DNA of 64,000 nt, from NCBI GenBank assembly GCA_049579785.1, contig JBAUOO010000043.1, positions 11,335 to 75,334 of the forward strand, in the 5' to 3' direction. Positions within the stretch are counted from its first letter, which is position 1; each line of letters begins with the position of its first letter. Shown piece by piece: positions 44,029 through 51,638 of the stretch. Below the pieces are notes generated by a model. The model saw nothing but the letters and a program-made list of their open reading frames with translations. It did no database searches and was not told the origin of the DNA. The stretch is from Steroidobacteraceae bacterium. Lineage in GTDB: Bacteria; Pseudomonadota; Gammaproteobacteria; Steroidobacterales; Steroidobacteraceae. Both the position numbers and the translations under genes were made by a program.

Positions 44029-45108
44029 TCAGCGCCCGAGCGTGTCGCGGGAGACCCAGGTAGGTACCCAGCTCTTGCCCCCATCGGCTGAGATGGCCCA
44101 GACCTGGCGGCAGGATCTCGAGGTGATGTCGGACCAGACATTTCGAACCAACACCGTCCTTCCCTCCACCTCATTCAGAAAGACGAAGGTTCCGACACCG
44201 TCCCTGAAGTCCCCGACCATCGGCGGATCGAGGGTGCCGGAGCCGCTGTTGGCGAAATAGACCCGCCACTGATGTGTCTTGCGGTCATAAAGCCTGAGCG
44301 CCAGGTCTTCGATGTGGCCACTCGCACCATCGACTTCCAGCTGGCCAATATTGGCCCAGTCGTCCCATACGCGATTAACCACGTGCGTTCCCTGCAAACT
44401 GCTCCAGAGGCCGGGTGCCGAGAGCGGGTTGAGCACGGCGCGAATCCGAGTCCGCCAGCGGCCCAAGTTGAAATCGAAAGCGTGCTCCGCGGCGCTGCCC
44501 GCCGTGTGGGGGGTGCCGTGATCGGGCGGCTTCTTCCGGCGCGTGAGCTGGGCGATGAACTCCTTGACCCAGCTCTTGCCGCCGTCAGTCGATGATGCGA
44601 TCTCGAAGTGATAGGAATCCGGCGTGATGTTGGACCAGGTGTCGCGCTCGAGGGTTCTCCTGCCGCCCGAGCCGCTCCAGCCGTAAAGCACGCCGCGTCC
44701 GTCCTTGAAATCCCCGTACACGGGCTCGTTCATGATGCCATCGCTGCTGTCGGCGTACTGCTGGCTCCACTGCCCGCTCCTCGGGTCGTAGAGAAAGAGC
44801 GTCAATCCCTGAAAGTGCCGCCCCGACCCGGACGCTTCGATCTTCTCCAGGTTGGCCCGCCGGTGCCATAGCGGCTGGTCGATGACCGTCCCGGTCATCT
44901 TGACCCAGTGGCTGGCCCCTGATGGCATCGACGCGCGCCGCAGGATGTGTGTCCTCCAGCTGCCGAAGTGAAAATCGAAGGCATGCGGTTGCTTCTCGAG
45001 CCGCATGGAGCCTGCGGAGCGCGGCGCGGCGAGCACGGCGGTTGCAAGCGGGAATGCACAGATAATTGCGGCAGCGAGCGTGCCGCCGAGGCGCTTCGTC
45101 CGGGTCAT
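44029..45108 (-). CDS. Secreted protein made of two tandem homologous domains of about 160 aa (DUF1579/lipocalin-like by recollection)
   Basis: Signal peptide. The two halves share HAFDF(H/N)(F/L)G(S/R)WRT..., ...RLYD/FLYD..., GDF(K/R)DG(R/V)G..., WS(N/D)IT..., DGGKSWV. Confidence 0.6.
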   Translation of the reverse strand: MTRTKRLGGTLAAAIICAFPLATAVLAAPRSAGSMRLEKQPHAFDFHFGSWRTHILRRASMPSGASHWVKMTGTVIDQPLWHRRANLEKIEASGSGRHFQGLTLFLYDPRSGQWSQQYADSSDGIMNEPVYGDFKDGRGVLYGWSGSGGRRTLERDTWSNITPDSYHFEIASSTDGGKSWVKEFIAQLTRRKKPPDHGTPHTAGSAAEHAFDFNLGRWRTRIRAVLNPLSAPGLWSSLQGTHVVNRVWDDWANIGQLEVDGASGHIEDLALRLYDRKTHQWRVYFANSGSGTLDPPMVGDFRDGVGTFVFLNEVEGRTVLVRNVWSDITSRSCRQVWAISADGGKSWVPTWVSRDTLGR

Positions 45109-45184
45109 CGGGCTCTCCGTTTACAATGGCGCAGAAATAGCGCGTCGGCCCCCGCAGCTGAAGGGCCGGTTGGAGAAAAAACCA

Positions 45185-46708
45185 GTGGGCCAACGTTCCC
45201 GAGCGCCGCGCGCCACCGAGCCCCTGTTCGAGCTGTCGCTCGATCTGCCCGCGCCGGGCTCGCGGGAGGCGTCCCGGAGCCTCTACGAGCAGCTCAAGGC
45301 GGCCATCGTCGAGGGGCGGCTGCCGCCCGGTGCGCGGCTGCCCGGCACTCGCCGCTCGCAGGAGTTTCTGCGAGTCTCCCGCAACACCGCCGCCGCGGTG
45401 TATGAGCGGCTCGCGGCCGAGCGGCTGCTCGTGAGCCGCCGCGGCTCGGGCGTCTTTGTCGCATCTGCCCCGCCCGCTGCGCGTCAGCCGCTTCAGCCGC
45501 TCCTCTCGCGGCCGGCCCATAAGCTCAATCCCACTTGGCTGCGGCCCGAGGTCACCGCCGCGATCGGCTTCTGGCGAGAAACGCCGGGGGATGAGCGCAA
45601 GGCGTGCGGACAGGCGGACTTCCGCCCGGCGCTGGTGGATGCCCGACTCTTCCCGTTTGAGGTGTTTCGCCGCGTCGGCGCCAAGCAGATCCGCCTGCTC
45701 GAGCGCCGGCCGGCGACCTTCCGCAGTCCGCAGGGCAACCAGGGCAACCATCGGCTGCGCGAGGCGATCACGCGGCATATCGCCGTCACGCGTGCTGTCG
45801 TCTGCGCTCCGCAAGACATTCTCGTGACCTCGGGCGCGCAGCAAGCATTCGATATCCTGGCTCGCACCCTGGTGATATCCGGGCGCACGGTGGTGGCGAT
45901 GGAGGAGCCCGGTTATCCGCCGATGCGCGCCGCGTTCCTCGTGGCCGGCGCGCGCCTGGCGCCGGTACGGGTGGATGCGGACGGAATCGTCGTCGAGGCC
46001 ATTCCGCCGGATGCCGATGTCATTTGTGTTTCGCCCTCCCACCAGTTTCCGCTCGGCGCGACCCTCTCCCCGAGACGCCGCGTCCAGCTCCTTTCGCTCG
46101 CGCGCAAGCGCGGCGCGCTCATTGTCGAGGATGACTATGACGGGGAGTTCCGGTTCGAGGGTGGCGCGTTGGAAGCGCTGCGCACCCCCGAGGCGGCCGA
46201 GCTCGTCTTCTATGTTGGAACGTTTTCCAAATGCATGCTGCCCGCGCTGCGCCTGGGGTACCTGGTCGCTCCGGCCTGGGCGATGCCGACGCTGGTCGCG
46301 GCCAAGAACTGCATGGATTGGCACAGCCCCGTGCCGATGCAGGCGAGCGTCGCCGGCTTCATTGCCGAAGGACACCTGGAGCGGCACGTGCGTCGGATGC
46401 GCGAGATCTACCGCCGCCGCCGCGACGCCCTCACGGCGGCACTGACACGGGAGCTCCGTGAGTGGCTCGAGCCCGTTCCCTCCTTCTACGGCATGCACGT
46501 CGCCGCAATCGCAAGAGCCGGCATCGATGTGGAAGCCGCCGCGGCTGGCGCTTGGGTGAGGGGCGTCAGGATCCACACGCTGTCACGCTACTTTCTCGGC
46601 CCCCCGGAGCGCTCGGGAATGGTATTCGGCTACGGCGCCACCGATCTGCCGCAGATCGCGCACGGCGTGCAGAGCCTCCGTGACGCGTTCCGCGGAATAG
46701 AAAGATAA
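45185..46708 (+). CDS. MocR-type regulator (GntR HTH fused to a PLP-dependent aminotransferase-like domain)
   Basis: GTG 45185 preceded by GGAG. HTH LPGTRRSQEFLRVSRNTAAAVYERL. PLP-lysine context YVGTFSKCMLPALRLGY. Confidence 0.85.
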   Translation: MGQRSRAPRATEPLFELSLDLPAPGSREASRSLYEQLKAAIVEGRLPPGARLPGTRRSQEFLRVSRNTAAAVYERLAAERLLVSRRGSGVFVASAPPAARQPLQPLLSRPAHKLNPTWLRPEVTAAIGFWRETPGDERKACGQADFRPALVDARLFPFEVFRRVGAKQIRLLERRPATFRSPQGNQGNHRLREAITRHIAVTRAVVCAPQDILVTSGAQQAFDILARTLVISGRTVVAMEEPGYPPMRAAFLVAGARLAPVRVDADGIVVEAIPPDADVICVSPSHQFPLGATLSPRRRVQLLSLARKRGALIVEDDYDGEFRFEGGALEALRTPEAAELVFYVGTFSKCMLPALRLGYLVAPAWAMPTLVAAKNCMDWHSPVPMQASVAGFIAEGHLERHVRRMREIYRRRRDALTAALTRELREWLEPVPSFYGMHVAAIARAGIDVEAAAAGAWVRGVRIHTLSRYFLGPPERSGMVFGYGATDLPQIAHGVQSLRDAFRGIER

Positions 46709-46747
46709 ACTGATCAGTCTACCTGTCTTTCTGCTATCCTGCGGTCC

Positions 46748-47173
46748 ATGGCAGGCTCGCGCGAGTTTGACGTCAGCGACTTCGCCCGCACCATCGGGCG
46801 CCTCACGCGGCGCATGCGCGCCGCCGCCGCGCAGCACGAGCTGTCGCTCACCGAATCCGCGGTGCTGGCACGCCTGGACCGCGACGGTCCGGCGACCACC
46901 GCCGAGCTCGCCCGCGCGGAGGGCATGCGGCCGCAGTCGATGAGTGCCGCGATCGCGACGCTCGAGGAGCGCGGCCTCATCGAGCGCAGGGCGCATCCGA
47001 GCGACGGCCGGCAGGTCAACATCACCCTCACCGGCAAGGGCGCCGCGGTGCGCAGCAGCACCCAGGACCTCAAGCGCGCCTGGCTCGTGCAGGCGACCAC
47101 GAGCCTGGAAGAGGAGGAGCGGCGGATCCTCACCCGAGCCGGGCAGATCCTGAACCGGCTGCTTCAGCCGTGA
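46748..47173 (+). CDS. MarR family transcriptional regulator
   Basis: 141 aa. Winged-helix LTESAVLARLDRDGPATTAELARAEGMRPQSMSAAIATLEERGLI...DGRQV. Overlaps the downstream MFS start by 4 nt. Confidence 0.85.
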   Translation: MAGSREFDVSDFARTIGRLTRRMRAAAAQHELSLTESAVLARLDRDGPATTAELARAEGMRPQSMSAAIATLEERGLIERRAHPSDGRQVNITLTGKGAAVRSSTQDLKRAWLVQATTSLEEEERRILTRAGQILNRLLQP

Positions 47174-48546
47174 GGGGCATCTCGCATGGTTGGCGGGCGC
47201 TGCGCCACCGCAATTTCAAGCTCTTCTTCTTCGGGCAGAGCATCTCGCTGATCGGCACTTGGATGACGCGGCTCGCGACGGCGTGGCTCGTCTATCGGCT
47301 CACGCACTCGGCGCTGCTTCTCGGCGTCGTGAGCTTCTCCGGCCAGATCGTCTCCTTCCTCCTCGGGCCGTTCGCGGCCGTGTGGGTCGAGCGCCTGGAG
47401 CGGCGGCGACTGCTCGTCGTCACGCAGGCGGCTGCCGCCCTACAGTCCCTGTCGCTCGCGGCGCTCACGCTCACCCACCGGATCACCCTCGAGGAGATCA
47501 TCGGGCTCATGATCTTTCAAGGCCTGATCAACGCGTTCGACATGCCGGGCCGGCAATCCTTCCTGGTCCACATGGTGGAGGACCGCGGCGACCTCGCTAA
47601 CGCCATCGCCATCAATTCCTCGATGGTCAACGGTGCGCGGCTCATCGGTCCGGCCATCGGCGGTCTCATCATCGCGGCATTCGGCGAGGGCTGGTGCTTT
47701 CTGATCGATGGCGTCTCTTATTTCGCCGTCATCGCTTCGCTCGCGCTCATGCGGCTGACGGCGCTGAATACCCGCACCCGCGCCGAAAGCACCCTGCTGC
47801 AGGAGCTGCGCGAGGGTTGGAACTACGTCAGCGGCTTTCGGCCGATCCGCACCATTTTGCTGCTCCTGGCGATGACGTGCCTCATGGGGTGGCCCTATTC
47901 GGTGCTGCTGCCGGTCTTTGCGGGCACGGTCCTGCACGGCGATGCGCACACGCTCGGATGGCTCACCGCCGCCTCCGGCGCCGGGGCTCTCACCTCCGCG
48001 CTCGCCCTCGCGATGCGCAAGTCCGTTGCCGGGCTCACCCGCACCCTGCAGGTCGCGGTTGCGCTGCTTGGCGTCGGACTGATCCTCTTCGGCCTGTCGC
48101 ACGTGCTGTGGCTGTCGCTCGCGCTGATGGTCGTGGTCGGGTTCGGCCTCATTCAGGCCGCCGCCGTCTGCAACACCATCATCCAGTCGCTCGTGCCGGA
48201 CGACAAGCGCGCACGCGTGATGGGTTACTACACCATGGCGTTCTTCGGCGCGGCGCCCTTCGGGAGCCTCATGGCGGGCGCGCTGGCGCAGCACATCGGT
48301 GCCCCTCACACGGTCATGCTGACCGGCACCTTCTGCATCGCCGGCGCCGCGTGGTTCACCTTCCAGCTGCCGAAGATCAGACCCGGGATGCGGGCGAGCT
48401 ACCGGGAGCGGGAGCTGTCCCTCGCGCGCTCGGCGGCGGACGAGGCGCGCGCGGCTCGCCAGGCGAGCGCCAGCATCGCCAGCCCGAAGGCGAGCAACGC
48501 GAGTCCCCACCACAGATTGACGTCGATGCCGAGCGAGCGGCGATAG
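47170..48546 (+). CDS. MFS transporter (EntS/DUF894-like)
   Basis: 458 aa, 12 TM. Translationally coupled to marR. The last roughly 50 residues are low-complexity and overlap a convergent small ORF. Confidence 0.8.
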   Translation: MRGISHGWRALRHRNFKLFFFGQSISLIGTWMTRLATAWLVYRLTHSALLLGVVSFSGQIVSFLLGPFAAVWVERLERRRLLVVTQAAAALQSLSLAALTLTHRITLEEIIGLMIFQGLINAFDMPGRQSFLVHMVEDRGDLANAIAINSSMVNGARLIGPAIGGLIIAAFGEGWCFLIDGVSYFAVIASLALMRLTALNTRTRAESTLLQELREGWNYVSGFRPIRTILLLLAMTCLMGWPYSVLLPVFAGTVLHGDAHTLGWLTAASGAGALTSALALAMRKSVAGLTRTLQVAVALLGVGLILFGLSHVLWLSLALMVVVGFGLIQAAAVCNTIIQSLVPDDKRARVMGYYTMAFFGAAPFGSLMAGALAQHIGAPHTVMLTGTFCIAGAAWFTFQLPKIRPGMRASYRERELSLARSAADEARAARQASASIASPKASNASPHHRLTSMPSERR

Positions 48547-48638
48547 ATCGCCGGATTGCTGAGAAGTCCGTAGCCCGCAAGGAGTGCGCCGAGGAGAACG
48601 AAGAGGCTGCCGATCGGAATGCGGATGTCGAGAGTCAT
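48399..48638 (-). CDS. Small two-TM membrane protein immediately downstream of the SSS transporter
   Basis: 79 aa: MTLDIRIPIGSLFVLLGALLAGYGLLSNPAIYRRSLGIDVNLWWGLALLAFGLAMLALAW.... High GC3. Its ATG lies 5 nt after the symporter stop. Confidence 0.45.
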   Translation of the reverse strand: MTLDIRIPIGSLFVLLGALLAGYGLLSNPAIYRRSLGIDVNLWWGLALLAFGLAMLALAWRAARASSAAERARDSSRSR

Positions 48639-48643
48639 GGCGG

Positions 48644-50347
48644 TTAGCGGAAGATGAGGTTAAGCACGATGGCGCCCGCAAGCACGCCGGCTCCGAGCAC
48701 GGCCGGCCGCGCATACCAGCGCTCACCCGCCGCGCGCAGGCGCGGCGTGAGCGAGTAGACGAGCCCGGTGAGCTCCCCCGCCGGCCGAGGCCGCGTGAGA
48801 AGGCTCACCCCCACGGTTACGAGGAAGCAGACGGCAAAGGCGTAGATCGCCGTCCAGAAATTCTGCGCCATCTGGCTCGGATAAAGGTGCAGCACCGCGA
48901 TCCAACCGCCCTTGATGCCGCTCATGCTGCCCGCCGGCAGCGTGAGTCCATGGTGCACGGCCGCCGCCCCCGTGCCGGCGAGAAGTCCCAGGAACGCTCC
49001 GTGTCCGGTCGCTCTCTTCCAGAACATGCCGAGGAGGAAGGTGGCGAAGAGCGGCGCGTTCACGAACGCGAACAGCAGCTGCAGCAGGTCCATGATGTTG
49101 TTGAAGCGGTTGGCCGCATAGGCTGCCGCGATCGAAAACCCGATGCCGGCGACCGTGGCGATGCGCCCCATGCCAAGATAGTGTTTATCACTCGCCCGGT
49201 GGCGGATGTAGGCCTGGTAGATGTCATAGGTCCACACCGTGTTGAAGGCGGTCACATTGCCCGCCATGCCGGTCATGAAGCTCGCCATGAGCGCCGTGAG
49301 CCCGAGGCCGAGCATCCCGTTCGGGAAGTAGTGCCCGAGCATGAGCGGAATCACCATGTCGTAATTGAGCGAGCCATCCGCCTTGTGCGGCAGCGCAAGA
49401 CCGCTCGCCCCCCCGTGCAGGGTCGAGGCGATGGCGATCATCCCGGGAAGGATGACGAGGAAGGGGAAGAGCATCTTCGGCACCGCGGCGATGAGCGGTG
49501 TGCGCCGCGCCGCCTCCATGGAATCGGCCGCGAGCGCCCGCTGCACGACGAGAAAGTCGGTGCACCAGTAGCCAAAGGACAGCACGAACCCGAGTCCCAT
49601 CGCGATGCTCAGCCATTCGACCCCCATCGGATTGGAGGAGGGACTGCCCATGACGCTCCAGGTACTCGTCCAGGCATCGGGCGCGAAGCCGCGCGAGACC
49701 GCCACCGCTCGCAAGCCCGCCGTGAGCCCGTGCCATCCGCCCACGTCCTTTAAGCCGAGGAACACGAGCGGCGCAAAGCCGAAGACGATGAGAAAGAACT
49801 GCAACACCTCGTTGTAGATGGCCGAGGTGAGGCCGCCCAGAAGGACGTACACCAGCACGATGAGCGCCGACAGCAATATGCTCATCGTGAAGCCCCAGCC
49901 GAGGAGCAGCTTCAGCAGGAGCGCCATCGCGTACATCGAGATTCCCGAGGAGAACACCGTCATGACCGCGAAGGAAATCGCATTCAAGCCCCGGGTCTTC
50001 TCGTCGAAGCGAAGCTTGAGGTACTCCGGCACCGAGCGAGCGCGCGAGCCGTAGTAAAACGGCATCATGAAGATCCCGAGAAACACCATCGCCGGGATCG
50101 CCCCCACCCAGTAAAAGTGGCTGGTCGCCATGCCGTACTTGGCGCCCGAGGCGGCCATGCCGATCACCTCCTGAGCGCCCAAGTTCGCCGAGATAAAGGC
50201 CAGCCCGGTGATCCAGGCCGGGATCGCGCGCCCCGAGAGGAAGTAATCCGTGCTCGTGCGCATGGAGCGCTTCAGCGCCGCGCCTACACCTAACACGAAG
50301 GCGAAGTACACCCCCATGATCGTCCAGTCGATCGCACCCGGATGCAT
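48644..50347 (-). CDS. Sodium:solute symporter (SSS/SGLT) family transporter
   Basis: Internal ATG (MHPGAIDWTIMGVYFAFVLGVG...DYFLSGRAIPAWITGLAFISANLGAQE). About 13-14 TM segments. Confidence 0.85.
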   Translation of the reverse strand: MHPGAIDWTIMGVYFAFVLGVGAALKRSMRTSTDYFLSGRAIPAWITGLAFISANLGAQEVIGMAASGAKYGMATSHFYWVGAIPAMVFLGIFMMPFYYGSRARSVPEYLKLRFDEKTRGLNAISFAVMTVFSSGISMYAMALLLKLLLGWGFTMSILLSALIVLVYVLLGGLTSAIYNEVLQFFLIVFGFAPLVFLGLKDVGGWHGLTAGLRAVAVSRGFAPDAWTSTWSVMGSPSSNPMGVEWLSIAMGLGFVLSFGYWCTDFLVVQRALAADSMEAARRTPLIAAVPKMLFPFLVILPGMIAIASTLHGGASGLALPHKADGSLNYDMVIPLMLGHYFPNGMLGLGLTALMASFMTGMAGNVTAFNTVWTYDIYQAYIRHRASDKHYLGMGRIATVAGIGFSIAAAYAANRFNNIMDLLQLLFAFVNAPLFATFLLGMFWKRATGHGAFLGLLAGTGAAAVHHGLTLPAGSMSGIKGGWIAVLHLYPSQMAQNFWTAIYAFAVCFLVTVGVSLLTRPRPAGELTGLVYSLTPRLRAAGERWYARPAVLGAGVLAGAIVLNLIFR

Positions 50348-50348
50348 C

Positions 50349-51557
50349 TCAGCCTCCGGGCGCGCCGAGATCGATCGAAGCGGGAACGATGCCCTTGGGC
50401 GCATCGCTCAGGGCGCGCAGCATCTGCGCCTCGCGCTCGCGATACGGCGCACCGTCGGGCCAGAGCAGATCGTGATGCCAGACCGCCGGCTGAATGAGCA
50501 CGTACGGGCGCTCCCAGGAGTCCCACGGCAGGTTGGTTTGCGTCTTGCCCTTGACGAGCCCCCAGTTGATCATGCCGACGTTCAACCGCTTGGCGATGGG
50601 AAGATCGCCATCGATGGTGGAGCCCGCGCCGCGGGCCATGTACTCCGTGCAGATCATCGGTCTGCGGTAGATCTGGAGCTCCCGGACGCGGCGCAGGAAT
50701 TCCTCGGGCCAACCGTAGTTATGAAATGTCAGGACGTCGGAGTCGGCGAGCTGAGCCCTCTCGATCGCATTCAAGCCGGCGGGTCTACTCCAATCAGGTC
50801 CGTGCCACAGTCCGCTCGTCAGAGGCTGCAGGGGATGCTCAGCCCGCGCCCACGCGAACACTCGAGGCAGGAGTGCGGCGACGCGCGCGAACTTGTCCTT
50901 GGGCTCTCGCGCCGCGTAGTTGCCCCCGCCCGGGTTGTCGGGCTCGTTCCAGAGATCCCACGCGAGCACCCGATCGTCCTCGCCAAAGCTGCCGACGATG
51001 TCTTTGACGTAGGCCTCGAGCTTATCGTACTGACCCGGGTCATCGAGACGCTTCGCTCCCGGTGCCTGCACCCAGCCCGAATTATGCACGCCGGGCACCG
51101 GCGGGTGTTGGGGACCTGGCTTCGGATCCGGATCCCAGCAGGAGTCGAACAGCACGAATATCGGCCTGATGTGATGCCGCGAGGCGATCGTGAGGAAAAT
51201 CCGCATGCGCTGCTTGAAGCCGTTCGGGTCCTGCTCCCAAAGGAGGTTGTGCAGGAACACCCGCATCGTATTCATGCCAAGTCCCTGCGCCCAACCGAGC
51301 TCGAGGTCGATCCGCTTCGGATCGAAGGTGGCGGCCTGCCACATCTCGAGCTCGTTGATGGCATCGGCGGGGATGTAATCGCTGCCCAAGATCCAGGGCT
51401 GAGCGGAATACCACGCCCGGGCGCGGGCCGCCGACCACCGCTCGATGCCCGCCGCCTGCGACGGCGACACCAGCGCCGCAGTCAGCACGGCCGCGAGCGT
51501 CAAGAGGAGCCCGGCGGGCTTCACGTGGGTAGCCAATCGCAAGGCGCGAGGTGCCAT
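50349..51557 (-). CDS. Secreted glycoside hydrolase, GH5-like (beta/alpha)8 fold
   Basis: Internal ATG with signal peptide (MAPRALRLATHVKPAGLLLTLAAVLTAAL...). Acid/base context WDLWNEPD and nucleophile context ICTEY. Confidence 0.7.
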   Translation of the reverse strand: MAPRALRLATHVKPAGLLLTLAAVLTAALVSPSQAAGIERWSAARARAWYSAQPWILGSDYIPADAINELEMWQAATFDPKRIDLELGWAQGLGMNTMRVFLHNLLWEQDPNGFKQRMRIFLTIASRHHIRPIFVLFDSCWDPDPKPGPQHPPVPGVHNSGWVQAPGAKRLDDPGQYDKLEAYVKDIVGSFGEDDRVLAWDLWNEPDNPGGGNYAAREPKDKFARVAALLPRVFAWARAEHPLQPLTSGLWHGPDWSRPAGLNAIERAQLADSDVLTFHNYGWPEEFLRRVRELQIYRRPMICTEYMARGAGSTIDGDLPIAKRLNVGMINWGLVKGKTQTNLPWDSWERPYVLIQPAVWHHDLLWPDGAPYREREAQMLRALSDAPKGIVPASIDLGAPGG

Positions 51558-51638
51558 GGCCTCATCGCAGTCATGATACCCATTGCCGAGCTTCAGGTAC
51601 GAGAAATGCTCCCTCGAACGAAGATCTCCCACAGATGA

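Noticed and set aside
43605-44174. 189-aa minus-strand ORF across the ssb-upstream region
   Set aside because: It would span the only intergenic or regulatory region and overlap a better plus-strand ORF that has a Shine-Dalgarno and high GC3. Its composition is Arg/Ala-rich shadow.
44585-46576. 663-aa minus-strand ORF antisense to the MocR gene
   Set aside because: A shadow ORF. The plus-strand frame carries the GntR HTH and the PLP-lysine motif. The minus frame is Arg-rich low-complexity.
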